Counted from the stretch's first letter, positions 1 through 9,524 are shown. The stretch is DNA of 64,000 nt from Nitrospirota bacterium (GCA_023229435.1 JALNZF010000013.1:10433-74432), one strand, 5' to 3'. Numbers and translations are program-made. The notes: generated by a model not told the origin, from the letters alone.

Positions 1-1399
1 CTATTGTTCCGCTTCGGGACGAGACGGAGTTGACGGAACTCAAAAAAAAATTGCGGAAGAAATTCAAAGGGAAGTACAAAACGAAATAGATCGTTTTGTT
101 TCTCAGTATCGGCGCGAGCAGTCCGCCACCGGCGGTTTCGACCTGGAGTCCTTCGAGTTGGGCATTCGCTCTGCCATGCATGGGATTGGCGGCAAGATGC
201 TGGAGATGCTGATCAATGCCGATGGAGGCGATTACCGCGGCAAGACTATCCTGTGCGAAAAAGGACATGTCTGCGAGTTCGAGGGGTATCGGACCAAAAC
301 CCTGTTGACGGTTCTTGCCCCCGTGTCCGTGAATCGCGCGTACTATTCCGATAAGGAATGTGAAAGCGGCTTTTGTCCGAAGGATCGGTCGCTGGATATC
401 GAAGGAACCTCGTACAGTTCCGGGGTGCGCCGGATGATGAGCAAGGTAGGCTCCTACCGCCCGTTCGATCCAGGTCATGAAGATTTGTACGAATTGGCTG
501 GCATCCGAGTGACTGCCAAGGAGGTCGAACGAGTTTCCGAGCGGGTCGGACAGCAGGTAGAGGAGTATCACGCCGCGCAAGGTGAAGCCGCCCTGTCCGA
601 CAATGTTGTCCCTATAAAGCCGGTCCTCCGGCTATATGTCTGCATGGACGGCACGGGAGTGCCTGTGATCAAAAGAGAAACCGAGGGCAGGCAGGGCAAG
701 GGTGAAGACGGGCAGGCAAAAACAAGAGAGGTCAAACTGGGGTGCGTTTTCACCCAAACCTCCGTGGACAAAGAAGGATGTCCGATCCGAGATGAAGCTT
801 CCACCAGTTATACCGGAGCGATTGAGACGGCGGAGACGTTTGGATGGAGGCTCTATAAAGAGGCGAAGCGGCGCGATATGGACCGGGCACGGGACGTTGT
901 AGTGCTCGGAGACGGCGCGCTTTGGATATGGAATATCGCTGACGAGCACTTTCCCGGAGCCCGGAAGATCGTCGATCTGTACCATGCCCGCGAGCATTAC
1001 GGAAATGTCGCCAAAGCATGTCTTGGACAGCAAAAAGACAAGATGTACCAATGGATGGATAACCGCCGCGTTGAGTTGGATGAAGGGAAGGTGGAAGACC
1101 TTATCATCGCAATCAATCAAATCTCGGTCCAGTCCGGCGCTCACAAAGACCTTTGCCACCGGGAGATGGGCTATTTTGAGAAAAACAAAGAACGGATGCG
1201 GTACGCTGAATTCAGAAGGCTCGGTCTTTTTGTCGGATCCGGTGTGCTTGAAGCTGGATGTCGTTCGGTTATAGGACAGCGGCTGAAGCAATCAGGAATG
1301 CATTGGACGGTCGAAGGAGCAAATAAGATAATCGCCCTTCGATGCAGCATCATGAGCAACCGTTGGGAGGAGTTCTGGGAACAGCGGGCGTGCGCTTGA
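1..1399 (+). CDS. IS transposase, 5' end truncated by window start (ISKra4/UPF0236-like DDE transposase)
   Basis: The reading frame is open from base 2 into the listed ORF at 158. DDE-like motifs are LYVCMDGTGVP, VVLGDGALWIWN and HAREHY. The N-terminus shows a Cys/His zinc-finger-like stretch. Confidence 0.65.
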   Translation, partial: YCSASGRDGVDGTQKKIAEEIQREVQNEIDRFVSQYRREQSATGGFDLESFELGIRSAMHGIGGKMLEMLINADGGDYRGKTILCEKGHVCEFEGYRTKTLLTVLAPVSVNRAYYSDKECESGFCPKDRSLDIEGTSYSSGVRRMMSKVGSYRPFDPGHEDLYELAGIRVTAKEVERVSERVGQQVEEYHAAQGEAALSDNVVPIKPVLRLYVCMDGTGVPVIKRETEGRQGKGEDGQAKTREVKLGCVFTQTSVDKEGCPIRDEASTSYTGAIETAETFGWRLYKEAKRRDMDRARDVVVLGDGALWIWNIADEHFPGARKIVDLYHAREHYGNVAKACLGQQKDKMYQWMDNRRVELDEGKVEDLIIAINQISVQSGAHKDLCHREMGYFEKNKERMRYAEFRRLGLFVGSGVLEAGCRSVIGQRLKQSGMHWTVEGANKIIALRCSIMSNRWEEFWEQRACA

Positions 1400-1415
1400 C
1401 AGCTTACCGACAAAT
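1..1415 (+). mobile_element. Partial insertion sequence (right end only; IR not resolved)
   Basis: A transposase gene runs to 1399, followed by a short palindromic tail (gacaaatttgtc) before the next gene. Confidence 0.35.
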
Positions 1416-1481
1416 TTGTCGCACACCCATGAGAATTCGCTCCATTGTGAAGAACGTCTTTCTATGGTATACTGCACCACT

Positions 1482-2231
1482 ATGATGAATAATCTCAACA
1501 TTATTGGACTGAACCCCTCGGTCGCAGGGAAGATCACACCGATGATCGAAGACCTGCTCAGGGAGCACGCATCGAACATCCATTCATTTCACCTCGTGGG
1601 CAGCGCCGTGATCCCGGACTACAACGAGAAGCTTTCGGACATCAATTCCGTGATCGTACTCAAAAAGATGGACCTGCGGTTCCTCACCTTTCTCGCGCCG
1701 CTCGGAAAGAAATACGGCAGGAAGCGGATCGCCGCGCCGCTTGTGATGACTCCGGAGTACATCGAAACGTCGCTCGACGCATTCCCCGTCGAGTTTCTGG
1801 ACTTCAAGCTCATCCACAAGACCGTCTATGGGAGCGACCTTCTGCAGGACCTGCGGATCGACATGCCGCACCTGCGTCTCCAGTGCGAGCGCGAGATCAA
1901 AACAAAACTCATCGGCCTGAGACAGGGATACATCTCATCACTCGGAAAGAAGGAAGACATTGCCGCCGTGCTGGTACGGTCCTTCACCGGCTCCATGGCG
2001 CTCTTCCGGGCAATTATTTCACTCCTCGGCAAGGAGCCCCCGATCCCGCGAGTTGATGTCATTGCAATGCTCGGTGCCGCGACAGGGACCAATACCGATA
2101 TCTTTGATAAGCTGCTCCTGCTCAAGTTGCATCTCCTCAAACCATCGGAACAGGAACTTGCATCCTTCTTCGAACGCTACTACGACACGCTCGAGTCTGC
2201 GGAAAAGATCATCAATGACCTCCATGGTTAA
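1482..2231 (+). CDS. Hypothetical protein, possible Pol-beta-type nucleotidyltransferase fold
   Basis: The ORF frame is 1416..2231 and the first ATG pair is at 1482/1485. The motif hLVGSAV(x12)SDINSVIV resembles the GS...DxD nucleotidyltransferase signature. Its stop overlaps the TPM gene start. Confidence 0.45.
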   Translation: MMNNLNIIGLNPSVAGKITPMIEDLLREHASNIHSFHLVGSAVIPDYNEKLSDINSVIVLKKMDLRFLTFLAPLGKKYGRKRIAAPLVMTPEYIETSLDAFPVEFLDFKLIHKTVYGSDLLQDLRIDMPHLRLQCEREIKTKLIGLRQGYISSLGKKEDIAAVLVRSFTGSMALFRAIISLLGKEPPIPRVDVIAMLGAATGTNTDIFDKLLLLKLHLLKPSEQELASFFERYYDTLESAEKIINDLHG

Positions 2232-2997
2232 GAGACTCTTCATCACGGTTATTCTTCTTGCGGCCGTCTGCGCTTCCGTTGTCAGTGCCTCCACGCCGCA
2301 GCCGCCCGACATGCCCCGGGATTACGTGGTCGACCTGGCCGGCATCGTCAGAAGCGACCTGAAAAATGAGCTCAACACCTACCTCCAGGCGCTTGATCAG
2401 AAGACCACGGCCCAGGTGCTGGTGCTCACGGTACAGACCCTCGACAACCAGTCCATCGAGGAATTCGCCCTCAACACAAAGGAAAAATGGAAGCTGGGCC
2501 AGAAGGGCAAGGACAACGGGGTCCTGATCGTCGTCGCGGTGAATGACCGCAAGTACCGGATCGAGGTGGGCTACGGGCTCGAGAGCGTATTACCCGACAG
2601 CCTGGTCGGTTCGATTGGACGGGAATACTTTGTCCCCTATTTCAAAACAGGCGATTACGGCACCGGGATCTACGCGGGCACCATCGCGGTGATCAGGACT
2701 ATCGCGACCCATGAAGGAGTGAGCATCACAATCGGTTCCGAGCAAGCACAACCTCGCGGGGCCTATACCCGCAAGCCCCTGAGCACAGTTAATAAGATCG
2801 TTCTGGCTGTTTTCGGCATCATTGTGTTGATCCTGTTCATAACGAATCCCCGCCTATTTTTGCTCTTACTTCTGGCCAATACAATGGGAGGGGGAAGGGG
2901 CGGCTGGTCCGGAGGAGGTGGGGGTTTCGGCGGCGGCAGCTTCGGCGGAGGGGGCGGTGGAGGAGGCGGTGGCGGTGGCGCGTCAGGAGGATGGTAA
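2224..2997 (+). CDS. TPM-domain (YgcG-like) protein with signal peptide, C-terminal TM and Gly-rich tail
   Basis: The ATG at 2224 overlaps the upstream stop. The TPM core reads VLVLTVQTLDNQSIEEFA...VLIVVAVNDRKYRIEVGYGLE. The C-terminus is a GGGGxGGG low-complexity tail. The N-terminal extension in the listed ORF 1960.. is rejected. Confidence 0.8.
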   Translation: MVKRLFITVILLAAVCASVVSASTPQPPDMPRDYVVDLAGIVRSDLKNELNTYLQALDQKTTAQVLVLTVQTLDNQSIEEFALNTKEKWKLGQKGKDNGVLIVVAVNDRKYRIEVGYGLESVLPDSLVGSIGREYFVPYFKTGDYGTGIYAGTIAVIRTIATHEGVSITIGSEQAQPRGAYTRKPLSTVNKIVLAVFGIIVLILFITNPRLFLLLLLANTMGGGRGGWSGGGGGFGGGSFGGGGGGGGGGGGASGGW

Positions 2998-3075
2998 AAA
3001 ACAGCAATCTTAGACAGGATAAGAACAAGAAGTAATCCTGTTATCCTGTCCAATTAATTCCTAAAGGAGGAGCAC

Positions 3076-3654
3076 ATGAACAGCGGATTAAAAACAGTAC
3101 TCATCATTCTCGGAGTCATCGCGGTGTTTGCGATCGGGGCCATTATGTACGGCGTCGGGCAATACAACAAGGCCGTGGCCATGGATGAGCAGGTCAAGTC
3201 GCAATGGGCGCAGGTCGAGAACCAGCTCAAGCGGCGCTTCGACTTGATCCCGAACCTGGTCGAAACCGTAAAGGGTTATGCGAAGCATGAGAAGGAATTG
3301 TTCGAGAACATCGCGAACGCGCGGACGAAATATTTCCAGGCAAACTCGGTGAATGACAAGGTCCAGGCGGCAAACCAGGTTGAAGGATTTCTTTCCCGAC
3401 TCCTGGTTCTGCGCGAAACCTACCCCCAGCTCAAGGCGAACGAGAACTTCCTGAAACTTCAGGACAGCCTTGAGGGCACGGAGAACCGCATCGCCGTTGA
3501 ACGCATGCGGTACAATGACACGGTGAAGGTGCTCAATACGTACCGGAGAAGCGTGTTCGGAAAGTTCTTTGCTTCTTTGGCAGGCGTGAACGAGGCGCAG
3601 TATTACGAGGTCCCGCAGGCGGAGAAGGAAGCACCGAAAGTGAAATTTCAATAA
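3076..3654 (+). CDS. lemA: LemA family protein
   Basis: It has an N-terminal TM segment and a strong SD (AAGGAGGA) upstream. The conserved adjacency to the TPM-domain gene supports the call. Confidence 0.85.
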   Translation: MNSGLKTVLIILGVIAVFAIGAIMYGVGQYNKAVAMDEQVKSQWAQVENQLKRRFDLIPNLVETVKGYAKHEKELFENIANARTKYFQANSVNDKVQAANQVEGFLSRLLVLRETYPQLKANENFLKLQDSLEGTENRIAVERMRYNDTVKVLNTYRRSVFGKFFASLAGVNEAQYYEVPQAEKEAPKVKFQ

Positions 3655-3696
3655 AGAGATCTGACGTCAACTATCTCTCCATGATGATATCCTGAG

Positions 3697-3735
3697 CCTG
3701 TTGCGCACCTGATTGGCAGCAGGCTTTTTTTCGTC
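3697..3735 (+). terminator. Rho-independent terminator after lemA
   Basis: The stem agcctgttgc...gcagcaggct is followed by a TTTTTTT run. Confidence 0.7.
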
Positions 3736-3795
3736 GTGATGCGTGTTCAGGCGTCAGGAGCTTTTCTTCCTACTTCCTACTTCTCAGTCCTCTTC

Positions 3796-4365
3796 TCACT
3801 TGATCCTCTTCGATATGGCCTTGAACTCCTCCGTGCCGGCAACCTTGAGAAGCTGAAACAGCACCGTCTCGGTGCAGGTCACGACGGCGCCCGCCTCGCG
3901 CATGAACTCCATCCCGATCTTCCAGTTCTCCTTGGTGCGGGAGCAGATCGCGTCCTGCACGACATGGACATTGATCCCGCCCCTCAGCAGGCCGACGCAG
4001 GTCTGGAGCACGCAGATGTGCGTTTCCATGCCCGTCAGGATGACGCTCCTTTTCTTATGCCCTTTAAGCTCCTCCAGGAACGCGGGCTGGCCGCAGCAAT
4101 CGAAGGTCATCTTCTCAACCGGGCGGTAGAACGGCAGCGCCTCCCGGATCTCCGGCACGGTCGTGCCGAGCCCCCTGGGATACTGCTCAGTCACCATGAC
4201 CGGCAGGTGGATCATCTTGGCGAGCTCGACCAGGTGCAGGTTGTTCCTGACGACCTTGTCCCTTTCCTTCATGACCGCCGCAAGCTTGTCCTGAATATCA
4301 ACGATCAGAAGGACCGTGTCTTCCTTATCAATAATAAATTTGTCCAATGTCATAATGCGGTCCAT
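3796..4365 (-). CDS. Isochorismatase-family cysteine hydrolase
   Basis: It matches the YcaC/PncA-like family with a catalytic Cys context (MVTEQY...HICVLQT). Confidence 0.85.
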   Translation of the reverse strand: MDRIMTLDKFIIDKEDTVLLIVDIQDKLAAVMKERDKVVRNNLHLVELAKMIHLPVMVTEQYPRGLGTTVPEIREALPFYRPVEKMTFDCCGQPAFLEELKGHKKRSVILTGMETHICVLQTCVGLLRGGINVHVVQDAICSRTKENWKIGMEFMREAGAVVTCTETVLFQLLKVAGTEEFKAISKRIK

Positions 4366-4591
4366 CCTCTCTTGATAGAACCGGTATCAATAAATTGATG
4401 TTATATCTCCGCACATCCCCCTCACCCTACCCTCTCCCCTCGAGGGAGAGGATAATAGAGCATTAACGACAGAACGAGAAGAACAGATAACAATATACTT
4501 TCTTCAATAGGCCGTGGATGGTTCTTATATTCCACACTCCGCATTCCGAATTCTGCATTCGATACCGGCAGCCTGCCGGTCCTCAGACCCC

Positions 4592-4801
4592 TCATGAACC
4601 GCCTTCATAACCAACGGAGATTTTATCGCCTTCCACGATCACCGGCACCTTCCTCACTCCCTTTGAATACGTCAGCATTTCATCCAATTTCGCGCTATCC
4701 GTCTTCACATCATAATACGCAGCCTTATTCCCGTAGACCGACCTGGCCCTGTCGGTATGCGGTCAGCCGGATTTCCCGAAGATCATCGCCGTCTCTGCCA
4801 T
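4592..4801 (-). CDS. Candidate selenoprotein: glutaredoxin-like (YruB/NrdH fold) protein with in-frame TGA at the active-site position (U-P-H-T)
   Basis: ATG at 4801 preceded by SD GGAGGAGAGG. Translation is MAETAMIFGKSG-[TGA at 4765..4763]-PHTDRARSVYGNKAAYYDVKTDSAKLDEMLTYSKGVRKVPVIVEGDKISVGYEGGS. The TGA falls exactly where Grx-like proteins have the first Cys of CPxC. A stable hairpin lies 7-26 nt downstream of the TGA. Confidence 0.4.
4737..4756 (-). other. Candidate bacterial SECIS-like hairpin downstream of in-frame UGA
   Basis: On the minus strand the sequence is ACCGAC-agggccag-GUCGGU, with a perfect 6-bp stem, an 8-nt G-rich loop, and its first base 7 nt after the UGA. Confidence 0.3.
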
Positions 4802-4906
4802 AGATCCTCTCCTCCAGGCGAAGTGAAATCATACGATTACCGGTGATCCTATAATATCATTTTACGGATGCAAAAGTAACTCTTTTACGATACAATCATA
4901 ACCGTG

Positions 4907-5557
4907 ATGTCAGACGGAACAAATCCACCGGCAAGATTGTCATATAGTACTGGACAGAGCAGCTCTTCTGTTTCAGATGACGATGCGGCGCTCGTATCAT
5001 CTGCGCAAAAAGGCGACCTGCGCGCATTTGAACAGCTGGTGACAAAACACCAGAAAAAGATGCTCAACATCGCGTATCGACTGATCGGGGATCATGATGA
5101 CGCGTGCGAGGTCGTGCAGGACGCATTTGTCTCTGCTTATAAGAACATCAGGCGGTTCCGGGGGGATGCAAAATTCACGACCTGGCTCACGACGATAACC
5201 CTGAACCTGTCGAAGAACCGGCTGAAACAGGTCAGGTCCCGGCAGGGCCATGAAGCCTTTTCCCTGAACGATCCGATCCAGACCGATGACGGCACGATGA
5301 CCATGGACCCGCCGTCAAAGGAACCATCCGTATTGGAGAGAATGGAAAGGCGGGCTGTCCAGACAAGGATGCGGGACTGCATTAAGGCATTGGATGCGGA
5401 TTTTCGGGAGATCCTCGTCCTTCGTGACATGCAGGAGTTCTCGTATGAAGAGATCGGGAGCATGCTCAAGGTCCGCGAGGGCACGGTCAAATCACGGCTG
5501 TTCAGGGCAAGAGATATGGTCAAGGATTGTTTGAAGCGGTTCATGGGAGAACTCTGA
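4907..5557 (+). CDS. ECF (RpoE-like) sigma-70 family sigma factor
   Basis: Region 2 reads LxxAQxGDxxAFEQL and region 4 carries an HTH. A GTG at 4904 or the ATG at 4907 could be the start. Confidence 0.85.
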   Translation: MSDGTNPPARLSYSTGQSSSSVSDDDAALVSSAQKGDLRAFEQLVTKHQKKMLNIAYRLIGDHDDACEVVQDAFVSAYKNIRRFRGDAKFTTWLTTITLNLSKNRLKQVRSRQGHEAFSLNDPIQTDDGTMTMDPPSKEPSVLERMERRAVQTRMRDCIKALDADFREILVLRDMQEFSYEEIGSMLKVREGTVKSRLFRARDMVKDCLKRFMGEL

Positions 5558-6627
5558 TGGAACATAACGACATACGTCATAGACTTTCCGAATATATCGA
5601 TGGGTCAGTCACGGGTGAAGAACGGGCGGCGATCGAAACGCACCTCAAGACGTGCCCGCAATGCAGCAGCGCGCTCGATGAGCTTCGGAAAACCATCGGG
5701 CATATCAAGTCCGTCGAAGAGATCGAGCCGCCTGCATGGATGACGCAGAAGATCATGGCAACCATTCGCGACGAAGCAGCGGAGAAAAAAGGCTTCTTCC
5801 ACAGGTTCTTCTTCCCCCTCCGCATAAAGCTTCCGATCCAGGCCATAGCGGTCCTGTTCCTTGCCGTAACCGGGTTCTATATCTATCAGACGGCGGAAAG
5901 ATTTTCTGAAGCCCCAACGCATGAACTTGCAACCCGGAACGAAGCCCCTCCAGTCGGCACTGCACAGGATAAACTTGCCAAATCTGAAAGTCCTGCGCTT
6001 CGCTCAAAGCAGGTCCCGCAAACTCCGGCGTATAAGGCTCTGGACATGAAACAGGGATACGAGACTCCTCCGCCGCCAATGCTGAAAGGCCGGGCTACGG
6101 CGCCGGTCCCCGTACCTGCACAACCGGCAGAACCGCCGATGCGGAAGAAAGATAAAGTCATGGCGGAGCAACCCACTGTCTCGCCGTACGCCGGGGCACC
6201 GTCATTGCCGCAGGAACAGACCGCGCCGGCTGCTCATGATCCGGGGCGGGACGAAGGGAGACATGAACCCGCACCCTTGAAACGACAATCCAGCGGTTTG
6301 TCGGCAGGCGAGGGATCAGGCTCAGAGAGCGCTCGTTCAGAGACCATTCTTACCGTATCGGTAAAAAATATTGACGACGCCGCGGAAGATATAGAAGCAA
6401 CGATCAGGGAGTTTGACGGAACCATTATCGAGACACAACAGCTCGATAAGAAAAAAATTTATGTGTTATCGCTGGACACTTCCCATGCAAAAGATCTTGT
6501 AGAAAAACTCAAGCACATGGGAGCCATGAAAGAACAAAATCTGGTTCTGAAATCCCGGGAAAGCCGTATGGTATTCAGAATCGAACTCAACAAACGGTCT
6601 GCGCCTAAGGCGGCTGTGGGATGCTGA
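5557..6627 (+). CDS. Anti-sigma factor, zf-HC2 type, single TM, Pro-rich periplasmic linker
   Basis: The start overlaps the sigma stop in an ATGA arrangement. A HxxxCxxC motif (ETHLKTCPQCSS) and one TM segment are present. Confidence 0.7.
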   Translation: MEHNDIRHRLSEYIDGSVTGEERAAIETHLKTCPQCSSALDELRKTIGHIKSVEEIEPPAWMTQKIMATIRDEAAEKKGFFHRFFFPLRIKLPIQAIAVLFLAVTGFYIYQTAERFSEAPTHELATRNEAPPVGTAQDKLAKSESPALRSKQVPQTPAYKALDMKQGYETPPPPMLKGRATAPVPVPAQPAEPPMRKKDKVMAEQPTVSPYAGAPSLPQEQTAPAAHDPGRDEGRHEPAPLKRQSSGLSAGEGSGSESARSETILTVSVKNIDDAAEDIEATIREFDGTIIETQQLDKKKIYVLSLDTSHAKDLVEKLKHMGAMKEQNLVLKSRESRMVFRIELNKRSAPKAAVGC

Positions 6628-6690
6628 TCTCTTCCGGCACGTCGCGCCCGCCCCGCAAAGGAAACACCCCACCCCCTGGTCTTACCCTGT

Positions 6691-7170
6691 CTATTGTTCT
6701 CCAGGCGGCAGGGTGTCCAATTTTGATTGGAGTTTAGTCATGGACCTTTGTGCGCGCGAACTCAACTTTGCAATTTTATTTTTTACGATCGTTTGCTGAT
6801 CCGGCGTTAAGAGCGGCATTACTTCTTTCAATAACTTTGCTTGCAGGACCGTCAGATTCTCCTGGGCAGTGGTCAGCGTCCTGTAGGCTAAGCGCACTAT
6901 TTTTTCATCAAGCGCATCGCCGTTCATCACGGTCAAAAGGTTCCGCCGGGCCTGAAGAACTGCCATCTTGCCGGCAATTAAATCGCGGTGACGTCCCTGC
7001 ACAATATCCTCGGTCCAGTGTTTCTGCTCAGTGGTAAGATTCAGCCCTTTCAGCAAACGCCCCATATTGCCTCCGCCCCTGTTGCCGGACGCATTTGCCT
7101 CAGTTACCATGCTGCCGGCCATTATCCAGACCGCGACAGCCAGTGCCGGGAAACGATTCTGTTTTCTCAT
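6691..7170 (-). CDS. Periplasmic Spy/CpxP-family (LTXXQ motif) stress protein
   Basis: It has a signal peptide and LTTEQ/LTPDQQ motifs. It sits next to the ECF sigma pair. Confidence 0.7.
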   Translation of the reverse strand: MRKQNRFPALAVAVWIMAGSMVTEANASGNRGGGNMGRLLKGLNLTTEQKHWTEDIVQGRHRDLIAGKMAVLQARRNLLTVMNGDALDEKIVRLAYRTLTTAQENLTVLQAKLLKEVMPLLTPDQQTIVKNKIAKLSSRAQRSMTKLQSKLDTLPPGEQ

Positions 7171-7510
7171 TAGCTTTCCTCCTGGGATGTTAGTTGCGTT
7201 ATTAATAATGTCAGATGCTAAATAGACACCGGTTCTTGAAAAAGGTTTAATGGATGAAATGCGAGGTCAGGACAAAGGTTGACAGTATCCGTGATGTGAG
7301 CGGAGGAAAGCAGACGGACGAGAAGATGCTGAACTCGTCACCTGCCTGTAACAGATCAAAGGCATTTACCGCCGAGTTCAATATTCTCGCGCCAAAGGAC
7401 CAGGCAGTGAAACTGACATACAAGGTGGGGATGAGTTACTAAGGAGTTCGGAGCTTAGCGTTCGAAGTTGGGAGTATTGAACATTCGTGGCAGTGAGATT
7501 GGATGCATGC

Positions 7511-7549
7511 ACAGAAGAGGAGCGCGTTCGCTCCCCGCTTCTGTTTTTT
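7511..7549 (+). terminator. Strong plus-strand intrinsic terminator with no annotated plus-strand gene upstream
   Basis: The stem cagaagaggagcg-cgtt-cgctccccgcttctg is followed by TTTTTT. Confidence 0.6.
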
Positions 7550-7599
7550 GTGGCTTCGAACTCCCGACTCCGCAACGCTGAATGCTTTTCCGTAATGCC

Positions 7600-8673
7600 T
7601 CACAACCACTTCTTTCGTTTAAAGTAAAACAGCATGAACACGGAAATTCCAAGCATCAGGAAGAGGGAGAAAAAATATCCGTAGCGCCACTCCAGCTCCG
7701 GCATGTACTTGAAGTTCATTCCATACACTCCGGCAATGAATGTCAGCGGCATGAAGATCAGGGAAATCACCGTCAGGACCTTCATCACCTCGTTCAAGCG
7801 ATTGCTGACGCTCGACAGGTACAGATCAAGCATGCTGGACAGCATCTCGCGGTAGATGTCCACGCTGTCGATGATATGGATGGAATGGTCGTAGACGTCT
7901 CTGAGATAGGGCGCCGTGGCTTCCCGGATCAGCGATGACTCATGCTTGCCCAGGCCGCTCACCACCTCGCGGAGTGGCCATACGGCGTTGTGCAGAAAGA
8001 TCATCTCCCGCTTTAATTGATAGATCCTCTGCACCGTCTCCTGCTTCGGGTCCCCGATCAGTTCCGTTTCTATCGATTCGATCTTGTCGCCGAACTTCTC
8101 GAGGATGACGAAGTAGTTGTCAACCACCGCATCAAGCAGCGCGTAGGCAAGGTAGTCGGCCTTCATTTTCCGGATGCGTCCCTTGTTGGTCCGGAGATGA
8201 TCACGGATCAAATTAAACACATCTCCCTCGACCCCTTCCTGAAAAGAAAGAACAAAGTTCGCGCCGAGGACAAGGCTGACCTGCTCGGTAACGATATCGC
8301 CGTTCTTGCCGCTGGCGAGCATCTTGAGCACGAGATAAATATATTCTCCGTAGTCCTCCATTTTCGGCCGCTGGTCCGTGTTCATGATGTCTTCCATCAC
8401 GAGCCGGTGGAGTCCGAAGCAGTCGCCGAGCTTCTCGAGCACCTGGGCGTTATGGACACCGTCAACGTTGATCCAGGTCACGGTCGGTTTTTCCTTGAAC
8501 GGGATGCAGGCATCGACAGATGCCTTCTCGATCTCTTGAAAGTTCGCTTCATCGTAATCGATGACATGGATATTGACCTGCTCGTCCTTCTTCTCCCCGG
8601 TATACACCAGCGTCCCGGAAGGGAGGCCTGCTTTTTTGGACCTTTTTTTCGTCAGGTTGCGCATGGCTGGCAT
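7600..8673 (-). CDS. corA: Magnesium/cobalt transporter CorA
   Basis: The YGMNF motif and two C-terminal TM helices are present. Confidence 0.9.
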   Translation of the reverse strand: MPAMRNLTKKRSKKAGLPSGTLVYTGEKKDEQVNIHVIDYDEANFQEIEKASVDACIPFKEKPTVTWINVDGVHNAQVLEKLGDCFGLHRLVMEDIMNTDQRPKMEDYGEYIYLVLKMLASGKNGDIVTEQVSLVLGANFVLSFQEGVEGDVFNLIRDHLRTNKGRIRKMKADYLAYALLDAVVDNYFVILEKFGDKIESIETELIGDPKQETVQRIYQLKREMIFLHNAVWPLREVVSGLGKHESSLIREATAPYLRDVYDHSIHIIDSVDIYREMLSSMLDLYLSSVSNRLNEVMKVLTVISLIFMPLTFIAGVYGMNFKYMPELEWRYGYFFSLFLMLGISVFMLFYFKRKKWL

Positions 8674-9524
8674 TACATGAACTCCTTCAGTGTTGCCCCG
8701 ATCTTATTCACGTCAAAGGCCTGATGCACGAGCGGTTTGTCCTTGATCATCGGAACGCGCTCTTCGAACGTGGGCCGGTTATTGCGATAGATGACGCCGA
8801 TGGGGATGCGGTCGCCCCACTCGAGCGCCTTGGCGAACGCGGCCTTCCGGTCCCCGGGATCATGGTCCGGCCCGACAGGATAGACCCGTTGCTTGTACCA
8901 GTCATAGGTGTTCACCTTGTTAAAGGACACGCAAGGCTGAAGGATGTCGAGGAGGGCAAACCCGCTATGCAGGATCGCCTCTTTCATGAGTCCTTTAAGG
9001 TGCTCCGTATCGGCGGCATATCCCCGGGCCGCGAAACTGCAGTCCAGCGCAACAGCGAGGGCCATGGGGTTGAACTGCTCAGAGATCACGCCGAAAGGCA
9101 TGTTCTTGGTCTTCACCCCTTCACCCGTTGTGGGGGACGCCTGCCCCTTGGTCAGTCCATAGACCTGGTTGTCGTGCACAAAAAGCTTCACGTTGATGTT
9201 CCTGCGCATGGCCGCCATGAGATGGTTGCCGCCCTCGCCGTAGCAGTCGCCGTCGCCGGTCGTGACAATGACCGGCATTGTGTGGTTCGCGAGCCTGATG
9301 CCCGTGGCAACCGGCAGCGTTCTGCCATGCAGTCCGTTAAAGGTGTTGCACTTTGTGTAGTGCGGAAATTTCGCGGCCTGTCCGATGCCGGAGACGATCG
9401 TGAATTGGTGGGGTTCCATATTGAGTTCCAGCACGGTATCCTTGAACGCCTTCATGATCGCGAAATTTCCGCACCCCGGGCACCATGCCGGGACCTGTCC
9501 TCTATACGTTTCTAAGGTGATCAT
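8673..9524 (-). CDS. 2-oxoacid:ferredoxin oxidoreductase beta subunit (TPP-binding)
   Basis: It carries a GDG...N TPP motif (VTTGDGDCYGEGGNH). Its N-terminal Cys is typical of OFOR beta. Confidence 0.85.
   Translation of the reverse strand: MITLETYRGQVPAWCPGCGNFAIMKAFKDTVLELNMEPHQFTIVSGIGQAAKFPHYTKCNTFNGLHGRTLPVATGIRLANHTMPVIVTTGDGDCYGEGGNHLMAAMRRNINVKLFVHDNQVYGLTKGQASPTTGEGVKTKNMPFGVISEQFNPMALAVALDCSFAARGYAADTEHLKGLMKEAILHSGFALLDILQPCVSFNKVNTYDWYKQRVYPVGPDHDPGDRKAAFAKALEWGDRIPIGVIYRNNRPTFEERVPMIKDKPLVHQAFDVNKIGATLKEFM

Noticed and set aside
1960-2223. N-terminal 88-aa extension of the TPM ORF
   Set aside because: It overlaps the upstream gene in another frame and has Ser/Arg/Pro-rich junk translation. 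The TPM signal peptide begins at ATG 2224.
4431-4451. GC-rich hairpin CCTCTCCC-ctcga-GGGAGAGG as terminator
   Set aside because: No T-run follows on either strand. It was kept only as a possible structural or operator element.
4594-4803. 69-aa plus-strand ORF
   Set aside because: Its translation is low-complexity. The opposite strand encodes the glutaredoxin-like candidate selenoprotein with an SD and coherent fold.
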